DNA of 64,000 nt from the NCBI RefSeq assembly GCF_002571385.2, contig NW_019217911.1, forward strand, positions 521,399 through 585,398, read 5' to 3'. Below are positions 23,289-36,400 of the stretch, piece by piece; position 1 is the first letter of the stretch, and the number at the start of each line of letters is the position of its first letter. Origin of the DNA: Stylophora pistillata. Lineage: Eukaryota. Below the pieces are notes generated by a model, which worked only from the letters and a program-made list of their open reading frames with translations, ran no database searches and was not told the origin of the DNA. The translations under genes and the position numbers were made by a program.

Positions 23289-24749
23289 GGCCTTTGTCTT
23301 AAAAAAAGAGTTACTTCAATTCATTTGTTTTTTAGTTTATCACAATCGATTTTAAGCCCTTCACTTTAATATTGAAGTGAAGTGAAGTGAATGCTTAATT
23401 ACTAAGCCAACTATAATTGACTGAGTATTTGGCTTTAAATGTTACATCATTTTTTAATTAACAATTATGTAATTCTTATAATTATGCTAATCTGAGATCA
23501 ACTGGCTGGTGATCTAACGATCCATAAACAAAACATCTCACCATAAATGCGAATGCTATCAATGAAAACAATTTTTCTTTAATTGCAATTATATTGAAAA
23601 ATTAAAAAAAATTAAATAGAAGAAACGGCCATAAAATTGCTTCACAGGAGCAACTTCAGAATACCCGGCCACCTCATTTACAAGTGTCGAGAGGCTTTGA
23701 AGAACGACGCATAACACAAGCGACGTTATTCTTATTCAATGACATGCAAATGGTGATCTGGTACTCGGTAGTTTAGCCGACTCGCACACCATCCAAAGTT
23801 AGATTCAAGTAGCAACGATAGAATCCACGATCTGTCTGAGGTTCACTTCATCAGCATGCTTTGAACAGCTTAAAAATAAAACTATAAGTAAATTTTCTCA
23901 CTAAATTGATTGCGATTCAATAAGAGATAGAAAATTCGAGGCACTTTCTGAGCTGTACTTGAATCGACTGAAAAGATAATTTCAGTGATGAACTTCCGGC
24001 AAGCGTTTACCTTCGCCGGTCTTCGCTGACTTCCAGATTTGGGACGAATATCACTTGAAAGTGACCTCAGCCTTCTGAAGGAAAGAATTTATTTCCCATC
24101 CTGAGGCACAAATATACTAGAAGTTAAACACGCCATCCAAAAATGTGGACTTCACTCCACATAATAACCCACGTCGAGGTCGTCAAACGACGTCATTCGT
24201 GAAACAAAATTTATGCTCAGATGAAACAACTGCAATATAAATTGAATGCGAACCACGAAAAACTGACAGTTTTACTGACCTATAAAGAAGACCAAGTAAG
24301 CCCATGAAAGACTCTTGAGATGTCTTCAAGCGAGGAAACGGAAAGCAAGGTAATACGTTCTCTTCCAGATCGTTTGATCACATGATCGACTTCAGCGGAA
24401 GTTGGCACCTTGCAAAGCCGGAACCTGGAACCCAGTTTTGTTTCAAGATATTTTTTTACAAACGTCTTTTCCTGCGTCATTATTTCTTCCCCATTTCACT
24501 TACGTCTTCAAATTCAGTCTCTGTCTGTCATGATGGATGGATCAAAAACCACGGCTAAATCTTAAGGGAAGTTGATAGATTCCCAGCTTCTACATGTTGA
24601 CCACCATAAATAGGAAATTCTTTCCCTCAAATATATGAATTCGTGAGGGGAAAACGTTGTATTTAGAAACTAAGGTAAGAAAAATGGAGGGAATTTGAAT
24701 GAAATATGGGATACCGCGCTTGAGTAGTTCCAGTGTTTCTTTATTGGGT

Positions 24750-24900
24750 CGGTTTTCAATTCTTCACTGCAATATCAGAAGTCTTTCTAAAAACCTAAAT
24801 TTATTGGAAGAACTATTATACTCCATTGATACCAAAGTGGATGTTCTTGGAATTAAAGAAACCAAATTGGGTTGGAATTCTATTAGTAATGTAAATATCG
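24750..24900 (+). mobile_element. LINE apurinic-endonuclease N-terminal fragment
   Basis: FSILHCNIRSLSKN...DVLGIKETKL matches the APE motifs (N-x-R-S-L ... ET). Confidence 0.65.
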
Positions 24901-24999
24901 TGCATAACAATAATAACAATAAAAGTTTAATGTCTTTACTTGGGGCATGGTTACCCATATTGCCTGAGTCAGAGGCTGGTATGAAACGCAAGACAACAA

Positions 25000-25231
25000 C
25001 CAACCCATCCCATCCCACCCCAGGGTAAGACCATCCATGACACAGTAATCTCGTGCGTGGGAAATCAACGCTTCCTATCCCTAACCTTGCAGGAGACGGG
25101 ACCTCCATTTATTTGTCCCTATCCGAGAAGACTTTTAAACACTTTTGGTGTTGGTCCGGCCGGGGCTCGAACCCTCGACCTCCCGCACATCAGTCCAGCG
25201 CTCTCAGCATTGAGCTAACCTGGAGGCGGTT
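25000..25231 (-). mobile_element. SINE family A copy, internally deleted
   Basis: Reverse complement of the 3252-3530 head and 3' body. Confidence 0.75.
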
Positions 25232-25729
25232 AATTGATGTTAAACACTGCATCTGGACTAAAATAAGAAGGAGGAGGGCTCTGTCTTGTCTTGTAACAGG
25301 AATAACAGTGATAGTAAAGCAAGCCCAAAACAGCAGAAATCGCCCAAAACCACGACGGACATAAAAGGAGTGAGTAAGTTTTATTAATCTTACGTGTCAA
25401 ATTTTCATATTTCGGAATATCAAGGGCTATAAATCGACAATATTTCGTTCGCTATACTATCCTGATCCTTCCATATAACGCGTTCAAATTCTCCACGGTT
25501 CCTTGCCAAACTTAATACCGCGTCACAGAACGCTTGAAGCTTTCATGAAATAGTATTTCGTTTTTTCTCGACACATGAGCTTGGGACGCCTGTGTTGAAA
25601 AGGACCCTTTTATTTCTTCTGCTGCGTGATGGCAATTTAGAACAGATGTACCTGCTTATGGAACGTGCGTTACCTGTAGTGTAATAAAGCGATACATAAT
25701 TGGTATGCTCAGAGGAGATCATCATAATA

Positions 25730-25927
25730 ACTAAGAACTGCAGATAGAAGGATATTGGTCAATTTCACCCGGAAGTTTGAAATTTCTGCGAAAATTCGAA
25801 AACAATCAATGGAGGGAATTATACTTCCACATCACGTGCATTTAACGCGATTACTAAGAACTGCAGGTAAAAGATTATTGGTCGATTTCACCCGGAAGTT
25901 TCAAGTTTCTGCGAAAAGTCGAAAACA
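25730..25927 (+). promoter_or_regulatory. Duplicated ~75-bp promoter-proximal element, each copy with an ETS-type CCGGAAGT site
   Basis: Direct repeats 25730-25804 and 25853-25927; CCGGAAGT at 25769-25776 and 25892-25899, 120-250 bp upstream of the deacetylase ATG. Confidence 0.5.
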
Positions 25928-26020
25928 GTTAATAAAGCCTTACTCCTGCCACTCCTAGTAGACATTGCAAGAAAACTTCGGGATATCTGCTCCACTCCAA
26001 CACAGGGAAAGCTAACAGCC

Positions 26021-28321
26021 ATGAATCTTCAATATTTCCTGTGGCTTTTCTCGATATTCATAGTTCAGCAGACTAGAGGTCAGTTCGAACCGGCGCAGCA
26101 TTGCGATCCTAACAAATGCCTACCTCCAGACTGCCGATGCAGCGAAGATCGCAGTCCTCCGGGAGGATTGCCTCCTGAGAAAACACCGCAAATTATCATG
26201 GTCACTTTCGATGATGATTTCGAAAAACGATCTTTCGACTTATACAATGAACTCTTCGACGAACTACGTAATCCTAACAACTGCTCTGCTATGGGAACCT
26301 TGTTCATTTGTCAAAACTACACGGATTATTTCTTAGTGGAAACTGCATATTCCATGGGGTACGAGATTGCCGATCACACCGTAACACATCAGGAGCCCAC
26401 CACGTACTGGGAACGAGCAAATTTCACGGAATGGAAGAACGAAATTGATGGAGAAAAAGAGATTTTGCATCGGTGAGTGAAGTTGAGCAACTTTCTCGTG
26501 TCACACACGCTTCCCCGCTAATACCCAGGGTAAGGCAGGCCCACGCGGGATTTTCCACTTTCTTACCGTTCATTTCACATGGCAGAATCGCCTTTACTCG
26601 CCCTAGATCTTGTCGAGTTCTGCCATAATCTTTGGACTGGCAAATACACAAACACTTCTTTTTCCCGAAAAATTTGCATGAATATTGAGTGACATCTAAA
26701 TGCTAATATGCCCGAGCAGAAACCCAGCAGAAATCTGCGCAATTTACTCATGATCCCGGTCAAATTAGCTCTTTAATATCTCTGATCTTCGCTGAAGCAA
26801 AATTGTTTTATTTCTCGGCTGATTTCTCTGGCCAAAATATATAAATTTCTCCGCGCATAGTTTCGCGTAAAAACATCACAATTATTTATGTCTGTTATCA
26901 ATTACGTGTAATGACAAGACTGTTTTTTTTTTTTTTTCCGTCAAGGATGCTCCGTATCATAACATATTCGATATGATCCGAAGATGCGAATTTACAGCTA
27001 CAACTACTTAAAATATATAATTGTCCCATTCGTTGTTTCTTTTTTTGTGTCTGGTTGTATTTTCGTTATAATTTATGACGGGAAACGAGAACTTTCTTGA
27101 CCGATTTTACACGTACCTTTAGAGAGTTGTGAGTACTTGATCTGTCCTATAGCTTTTAGAAAAAAAGCATCCCTTTGACCGCATCCGATCTCCTTCTCAA
27201 GGACCTCTACTCAACACGCACAAATCACAAAGTACTTAGAGAGTAGGGGACCGGTAATTATTTATCACCTTGGTGGGGGAGGGGGGGTGAAGAGGTTTCG
27301 GAAGAACTTGTGGGAGGGGTCGGAGGAATTTGATTGCGCAATCAAACGATAAAATTTACCTGACCCCCGATGAGGTTCTGTAATATTTTTATGACTCCCC
27401 CCTCATTCACAGTTAATTGGCAGCAAAGCAATATTCTCTTATTGGCAGCCAATGGTCTTTAGTCCCCCCTTAAGACCCTGTTGGCGACGACTGATCCTCA
27501 ACGTTCCCCCTGATTCACTCAACTTCTTCCGCCTCACCCCTCCCCCTTCCTTCCCAGGCAATAAATAACGACTGGTCACTTACAAAGTTACGTCATCCCG
27601 CAGATTTGCCAACATACCTTACGATGAAGTTATTGGATTTCGAGCACCGTTCCTGATGTTTACAGAAAACATGTTCAAGGCATTGTACACGAGTAAATTT
27701 GGTAAATTCACTTATGACCTTTCTTGGCCAGCAAACGTCATATTTGATGGAAAGGGTCCCATGTACCCCTATACTTTGGACTACTTGTCAAGTCAGACCT
27801 GTCCCACTATTGATGAACCGTGTCCCAAGTTGTCCTACCCAGGACTGTGGGAGGTGCCTAACGTCAACCTTATGAACAAAGACCACTCGACATGTGCATC
27901 AATGATGGATGGTTGCGATCCTTCTGGAAATTACACAGTCTGGTTAGAGATTTTGACGAGAAACTTCCATTACCACTACGACACAAACAGAGCACCCTTT
28001 GGAATGCACATGCACCCAACGTTTTTCCTTACAACACCCGATCACATGAAAGCAGCTAAACAATTTCTCAAATATGCTCTGGATTTAGAAGATGTTTGGA
28101 TCTTAACGCCGTCTCAGATCGTTGCTTGGATGAAAGATCCCCAAGATGTTGAACAGGCGAAGACTTTCGCGCCCTGGCAGTGTCCGAGCCGCCCAAAGCC
28201 ACGCTGTACTGAGGAAACAGCCCATAATTGTCATTACACTGAGCCTGGAGATTTCTACATGCGCACGTGCACTCCGTGTCCGCCCCATTTCCCATCGCCT
28301 ACTGATCCAGATGGCAATTAA
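26021..28321 (+). CDS. Secreted CE4 polysaccharide/chitin deacetylase-like protein, 2 exons, 389 aa
   Basis: Exons 26021-26472 and 27604-28321 (CG|GT...CAG|A). Signal peptide; CDPNKCLPPDCRCS; CE4 motifs TFDD, HTVTH, FRAPF, YDLSW, GMHMH; YPGLWEVP; NFHYHYDTNRAPFG. Confidence 0.93.
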
Positions 28322-29439
28322 CTCTTTAAGTCCCATGATCTGATTGATAATTCTCTGTTTTAGCTGCAATAAATCTATCGTAAATTTATTGATAAAATTC
28401 TTTATTAGATTAAAAAATGTCTGAGGCATTTCTCATAACCTACTGATCCAGATGAATGGCAATTTTTGTATGAATTTGCAGTTGCAATTGATTGTCAATG
28501 GTCTAGAGCAATCGGTATCTCCCACTGAAGTTAATACGAACTCACTGGAATGTTCAGATAAAAAGTGTAGTTATTGAATAAGAAATAAAGGATGAAAATA
28601 CAGCCGGCTTCTCTCTAATCCCTTCTTGGATGCTGTACTAGTTGGACAGAACATCTCACAACAGAAATTTTGGCTGATTTTGTTTTTGAGCTGGCCGGCT
28701 GGATTAATTTAGTTATTCACGAACTAAACTGGAAAGGACTGACTCTTCATAGTATTAAATTGATAAACTAGATACTGAATGAAGGCTTAAAAAAACATGA
28801 ACCGGTGTCCTCTACCTAAAGATAAACAATATTTTCAGTTTCAGTGCTTCGTTTGCATGATTTAATTTATGAGACTAGCCAGATTATTGGAATGAAGTTT
28901 TCTTACAGGATGGGCATTTTAAATGTTTGGTACCACAGAGTACATTCCATTCCTATAAAACCATAAGTTGTAACCAAGGGGGAGTAAGGGGTGGAACCTC
29001 TGTATCACTGGGGCAGTATAGTAACCTTGTTCCCAGATCCTGCCGTGTAACTGAAATGTAGGCTTGGCCGTGGAAGGTCCGGGTACGAGACCAGCCACAA
29101 TGTCTTGGTTGGAAAAATCCAGCCATGCAGTTTTAAAAAATTTGATTAACGGACAGATTTGGGATATACGGTCACCGTTGGCTGCACTGAAGGTTTAAGA
29201 TGCAGGTTTTCCCAGCTTGTAGATTGATGGACCAGGCCAGAGACGTAACCCAGTTTAAGATGTCGCTTCACCGACATACAGACAATAAAAGTGTGAAATG
29301 TTCAGCAGGCAACCGTGGACGATACTCCTACTCTTGTACGTTGGATCAGCGATGATCTAATCGGTCCGAAATAACGAATATGAAATATAAATATAGAGGC
29401 AAGACCGATACAACGTTGATAAGTAAATTTTAAGAAGGA

Positions 29440-29480
29440 GCACTATATTTCGGCTGGCCAAATCAGCCTTCTTCAGGAGC
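29440..29480 (-). ncRNA. Minimal hammerhead ribozyme motif
   Basis: Minus strand: GCTC-CTGAAGA-AGGCTGATTTGGCCAGCC-GAAA-TATA-GTGC. Confidence 0.65.
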
Positions 29481-29497
29481 AGTGGTTAATTCCCACT

Positions 29498-29538
29498 GCA
29501 CCTGAAGAAGGCTGGTTTGGCCAGCAGAAAAACAGTGC
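29498..29538 (+). ncRNA. Minimal hammerhead ribozyme motif with degenerate cleavage region
   Basis: GCAC-CTGAAGA-AGGCTGGTTTGGCCAGCA-GAAA-AACA-GTGC. Confidence 0.55.
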
Positions 29539-30128
29539 TCTGTCTTAAAATTTACTTATCTACGTTGTATCTCTTCCCTCTATATTTGTATTTAATAAAA
29601 GTGTAACCCCCCTTGCCCTCCTAAATGATGACAAAATAAAAATATTAGACTGCTGCTGCCAAGGGCGACAGAAAATAGTAGCGCTTACGTTGTACCCAGA
29701 TTCTATTGTTCATTTGTTTTCCCCCGACTGGCCATATGCATGAAAGGTATGGCCACGAGACTGTAATAGCGCCAAAGATACCTAAAGGGCTCATAAAGTG
29801 TTTCTAGACGACATGAAGGGAAATTTATTTGAGTTGGGTCTCTATAATGACTCGATCGTGACTAACCAAAATTTTCCTTGCCATGGAACGAAAACAAGCC
29901 CCTGTTGCATTAAGGCGAAAGGAAAAGCAAGGATAAATGAAAATTTCGTTTTCTTTCCTGTTAGGTTTCCGTGCATGCGCTTGGTGTGACCTCTCACTGA
30001 GTTCTCGCGCGACTGAAACGGATCAGGCTTGGAAAAATGTGCGAGCCTGGGAACTATGACGAATGACGCAAACGCAAAACGCTCTCATACTTCGGAGCAA
30101 AGTCGAGGAAACTATCTTGCTGAGAGAG

Positions 30129-33100
30129 ATGGCGCAGTGTTTCGTGAAAACATCAGCTTTTATTTTGTTGGTCCTAGTCCATTTTTGCCATGGGACAGAC
30201 CCTCAGCCCCAACAGATTCACATCTCAGCGACAGGTAAGGAAAACATCTCAGAAACTATACGACTAATCGGGAAGAACACAAACTGAGATGTAATCACCT
30301 GACCATGTATTAACGAAGGCTAGGGCTGACATTGGGGAAAGTCGTCTCTTCACAATTTACAATAGCGTCTATCTAATTTTATGAACTTCTGGTGAAAATC
30401 TCATCCAACAATTCTTCGTTAATTTCAAGTTCGATTCGGGATTTGTAGTATGGCGCGCAGTCACATGACTTCCCAAATCTCTTCATAAACTTTCTTTCCC
30501 TTCAAGCAAGGCTAATTTCAGCCAAGACGAAAGGACTTTTTCTCTATTAACCTCAATTTGAGCATAATTTCGATTCTCGAGAATTCCAAATAGATCGCAT
30601 GAGCATACAGCATTACGAACCGCTTTTCTTATGTTTCCACTATATTCGTAGAAATTATATAAACACGGTCCTTCACGGTTCCTTTCGCTTTGCTATTTTT
30701 TCTTTGCCTTATTCTTGGAGCAGATCGTAAGCCTTAACAGCTTTAAATTTGGGCTTCGGCGAAGCGAAGTGAAATGTCTCTGGCGCCCCAACATCGTGAA
30801 AAATTCGCTCAAGCCAGTGCATGAATTTCAATTTTTGTTGTCAAGCCCGCTCAGCGGAAAGGTTACGTAAGCAAAAACCTTATTCGTCCTAAGCAAAAAC
30901 CGCCATACCTATCAAATCGCCACTAGAATACTATTAACGTATTAAATTATAACAAATTTATAATGTTTATCAATCCAAAGATCTTTCAATGACACAGTTA
31001 CGCACAGCTTTCGTGGAAAAAGTCACTTGAAACAGCTACATGACAGTGATCATGCATGAACACAGCTGTTGTTTATATTGAAGTCACGAAAAACGGCTTC
31101 ATGACGGTGCAGTGTACATGGATACAGCTCATGTCTATAATTGAAAAAGGAAACTTGTTCAAAGTGATTATGTCATAAAGATTGTAAATGGATTTTATTG
31201 TAAGCAGTTTCCGACCTTTTTTGGTATCTTCTTTAATAGTATCAAAATTAAAGCCAAACTCACAGTTATGTCTAATTCTGCTGCTTCCTTCACGGCTTTT
31301 AACTGGTCTTGTTATGCAATACACCCACTTCTCTAATATATTAAGGGCCACTTCCAGTTGCAATGATATTCACTGACTGCATAAGTGTTGATCACATCTC
31401 AAATCATAGTAGTTTAGCCTTAGAGTTTTTCCATAAATTTGAAGGTTTTATTTCCTGCCTTAATTAGCTTTAATTGTTATTCTGGGAATTAATGTAGGAT
31501 TCGAGAGGCACTGTACGAAATTTCTGATTATATTTGTTTCACAATGTGCCTGTGTTAATACATAGTATACAAGGTTTTATTGCTTTATTTTTCTAGACAA
31601 GCACTAAGTATGAATTTTTGTATCATGCTGTACAGATATTATTAAAGAACTTTTCAGGGTTTCCATACAAAAAAAGATTCATGCATCTTTGACTTTTTTT
31701 TCAACTTGTAGGGGATCCTACAGAGATGATGATCACGTGGGTCACTATGTCTTACACCAACTATACAATTGTGGAATACAATAAGGCTGGTTTTCCTCTT
31801 ACGCTGCGGGCATCAGGCAGCATCACAAAATTTACTGATGGTGGTGCGGCGCATTGGGTGAGGTACATTCACAGGGTTAAACTTACTGGGCTGGTTCCTG
31901 GTCAAAGATATGGTAGGTGTTGTAAATAAACTATAATATTACCATCAAATATATTTTCAAGCCTTTCATTTTCAGCTGAAGGAAATGAAAGGATGCTGCC
32001 TGACATCATGGCTTTTCAGAGAATTTGAATAACAATAATAATAATAATAATGATAATATATAACTTTTAGAGATTTTTCGTACCCAAGTTTCTTGTATTT
32101 ATCAGATTATTAGATATATATGTATATATATGNNNNNNNNNNNNNGGGGGAGAAGTAATTGCCTCAAAAGAGTTCCACAGTCCTTTCTGAACCAAAGTTT
32201 GGACCCCCCAATCAAAAATTCCTGGATCCGCCTCTATGAAATACATTTGTGCTAAGGTCACAAACTACTGCAACCGTTCCTTTCAGGACAGCATGCAGAA
32301 CACAATTCCCCAGGGAAGGTCCTTAGGGTAAATGAGGTTTGTGAAGCAATTTGAAAGGATTTTATATAGAAACTTCTTTGGCCGTCCATTTATCTGACTT
32401 TTGAATAAACATTTTCTTAAAACATCATCTCGTTTACTTTTAGTGCTACTAACGCTAACGCTTTTAGTGATAAAAGTAAACTGGTCATTGAAGCTAAGCC
32501 GTAGGTGACGCGAAGGAGATGGCAAATAGTACATAATTAAATGATTATAAAATAATATATGGGGTATCCCCAAGGACCTTTGATTTAGACTACATGCACA
32601 CTCTGGTAATGAACAAAACTACAGACAAAATAATTACATTTGAGGTTGTACTACACCTTTCTACAGGGTGACTGGCATCTAATTCCAAATTTCCAAATCA
32701 AGTATCGAGGTCGTAAGTGTAACGGTAATGATCACCAATTCGAGACAGTCTCTTGATTATTTAACGAATTCTCTTCGCCAGTGTCGTTCGAAATGAATAG
32801 AGAACAGTATGGAGAAGATGGATCCATGGAACGACAAATGAATCATAACAACCAACGAAGATTATTTCATTCTTAGTTATGTTATCATTATCTTAATGTT
32901 GCTAAATTTCGATAATGAACTGTTGTGACAGACCTTCAACTCCATGAAATGATAAAAATATAATTTCAATTTACCTTATCGTTAATTTAACAATTATTTA
33001 ACGATTATCCACCGGAAGCGAAGTGAATACATACGTCTTATTGGACGTTTTGTAATGTGGTATCATTGAGTATTTTACGAATCATGCCGTATTTCAATGA

Positions 33101-33412
33101 GCTCATAGGGCAACTCAAAATATAATAACAATTAAAAATACTCAGCGATGCGACACACCAAAATGTCTCATAAGTTATTTATTATCCGACACGCCAAATT
33201 GTTTTTTCAGTGCGGGCGAATTTCGCGGATATTTATTTACTGGGAGTGCGTGACAGAAGTATGCGAAGCGGAACGAATTGGCGCGTTGTCTTGTTGATGT
33301 TTCTATTAATATTTTCTTCAATATATGATGAAATTTCATTGCCGTCAAATTGCTTTTCTTTCTTCGATTTATCTAATAAACTTGGATCAATATTCGCCAA
33401 CCATTCCAACTC

Positions 33413-33451
<39 letters not shown>

Positions 33452-36400
33452 TCTATAGCGCCTATCCAATGATAGATCTAGGTGCTTAACAAAGTGAGAG
33501 GAAATATAAAATTAAAGTTAATCAAGTAAATAAACTTAAAATTGAAGTAAAAACATACAAAGTCTATTTCCTAATGGCTAAAGTAGAAGTTCTCAAAGAG
33601 GTAGGTTTAAAGTTTATGCTTAAAAAGATTTAAGTTCTTGCATGAGCATATGTTGTTGGGTAATTTCTTCCAGAGTTCAGGGGCTGAAACAGAGAATGCT
33701 TTAGAACCATAGGTCTTAAGGTGAAAACTAACAGGATTCAGATTGAGCGTAGATTCAGATTGAAGTAGGAGGAGAAACATTTAGAACTAGTGGCACAGTA
33801 AAAAGGCGCTTCTAGTTTCCTTGGCAATTTTTTGTAGATAGTCTAAAATTACTCCTCATGTTACTCAAATGCAGAGAAATGTCTTTCAGTGAAAGGTTAA
33901 GTTCAAACTCAGCTGAGAGAAGAATCTTTCAACATGATTATTTTGAATTCTTAACTTTATCATTCATTTAATAAAGAGGGTTTTTGTGAAGAATTTTACT
34001 TTACCCTTGGCATTTGATTTTAGGAGGGAGAGTCCTAGAGGTGATGTAAGGTGGACATTTTTGGGGACATCTTAGGAAGCCTATTGTGTCCTCTAGGGCA
34101 AAACCCATGGCTCTCACTTAAAATTGAAAGCATGTATTAAATGTAAAAGTTCAACCTTTTCATTTCTGACATAAGGTTATCATTGTGGAGGATATGATGG
34201 TTGGAGTGAGGTGTTGGCCTTCAATGCCCTCAAGTCTGGAGAGGACTGGAGTCCAAGACTAGTTGTTTATGGAGACTTGGGTAGTGTCAATGCAAAATCT
34301 ATCAGCTACCTTCAAGAAGATGCTCAGAGAGGATACTATGATGCCATTCTTCATGTTGGTAAGTTTTTAATTATTGATTTTGTTTTTGTTCATCTTGGTG
34401 ATCTGGGATGGTTGAATGGTGCAGGAGTGTTAAAGTGACCCAGCCAGCAGCTGTTAGTGGTCCAAGCTTTGGTGTGTCATAAAGAAAGATCTCTATTAAA
34501 TCTGGGAATTAAATCTGGGAATTAAAGTACAGTGAAAAAAGAGTTATAAATTTATTAAAAGTATTTTAATTTAATTTGTTTTTGTTTTTAGGTGACTTTG
34601 CATACAATATGGAATATGTAAGTGAATTATGCTCTTCTGTATCTGCGATTTGAACATCAATACTTTTTTGAGGGGGAAGTACCTGAAAGTACAGTATTGA
34701 ATTGGTCTGAATATATTTGAAATTTCTTTAAGGCAAATCCTACACTCACTGTTACTTGAACCAAAATGGATTTCTCATGGTCTTCCCTGACATATTTTCT
34801 GCACGCTTGATAAATTGAACCCACAATAGCTTATTCATATCCTCTCAGCTAATTTACTTTCCAAATTTACCCTTTTCCCACATAATTGTTTTATCATAGA
34901 AAATTACTTTTGGTTCAGTGACTGTTTCACTGGACCTTGATGATGGAGGGATCCATCTTGAGGTGTTTGGATTCTTATGTTTGACAATTATTTATGGAAA
35001 TGATTTGGATGCTTTAATTTGTTTCAGGATAATGGAGTAGTTGGAGATGACTTCATGAATCAAATTCAGACAATTGCTGCCTATGTTCCCTACATGACAT
35101 GTCCAGGAAATCATGAATTAGCCTAGTAAGTTCCTTGATGATTGCAAGTGTACAGGTGAATTGCTCTAAGTACAACGGTTTGATGATACTGGTGCCTTAA
35201 CTCTCTAACTCCCCATAAGTGACCAAGGGAGAATTTTTCCTTACATATCATTATACAATATTAAGCAAACAAGAGATGAGAATAATAAGAAAGGGGATTA
35301 TTACTTGATCCAATACCAAATTCTCAGAACCAATATCAAAATAATTTGATGGTGCATAGTCAGGAGAATTACAACTGAGATCTTGAAAGTGATAGGGTTA
35401 ACAGAAATATGAGTTTGACTCCTCTTAAGGATTGTTTGGAAATCATAGATTTGATCATAAAGTGAACTACAGTAATTATTACCGTAATTATTCATCTATA
35501 AGCCGATCTCAGTTATAAGCCTAGACCCTAAACTTCGGTCTGTTTTAATTGGGAAGGTTCTTAAAACATGTAAATTGAAAATACTCGGCTATAAGCCGAG
35601 ACCATATTCAGAGAATTTCATTCTCGAACAAACTGAAATGAACGCAAAAGTTTCGAAACAGAACAGAGTTTCGATGCAGTATTGCTGTCAAAAACAATTC
35701 CGAGATAACCAGAGAGTAAGTCATCAGTGAGTCACTCGAGGAAAGATCAAGAGAATCTCTTTAATGGAGAGCTTGAGAAGTCAGCAAAACGCACAACGAT
35801 GGGCCGTTACACTCTGAAATATCCGTGGCTGGATGAGAGATTACGTTACTGGTTTACAGAGCAGAGAAGCCAAGGTAAGTTGTCTTTTTACATGATCGCA
35901 AATTTCAACACCGTGACAAGTTTGTTTACCAATTGTGGGAATGGGCAATTCTGATTGGTCAGTTTTGAAATTCTTAAATTGCTTTTGCAAGAGCTATACA
36001 CTCGTTCAAAACCTTCAGAATCTTAACTACTCTCGACGGCATGGAAGATGAAGCAAACTACTCGGAAGAAATGGCAGAACTAGTGGAGGAGGAGGAGATG
36101 GACGACGAATTCCACGCTGACGCTGAGGACGAACAGTAAGCCGTATTTACTACGCGCCGAAAACAACAAACCGCTCCTTTTGAAGCAACCACCTTGTTTT
36201 GATATTTACTTCGGCATGCAATATCTCAGCTTATAGACGAATATATCTATGTTTCCTTTGAATTTGCTGTTTCGAAAAAATATGTTTGGAAAAACACTCG
36301 GCTCTAAGCCGAGAACCCTTTTCTAGCTCAAATTTTCGAGATTTTGGTAAACTTTTGTGAAAAAATGGCTCGGCTTATAGATGAATAAATATGGTAAATC

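Larger units (their letters stand above)
29292..29593. mobile_element. Non-autonomous Penelope-derived element made of two inverted pLTR copies, with target-site duplication AATAAAAG
   Basis: 29292-29485 matches the pLTR at 45925-46108; 29493-29592 is its inverted copy. AATAAAAG at 29284-29291 and 29594-29601. Confidence 0.82.
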
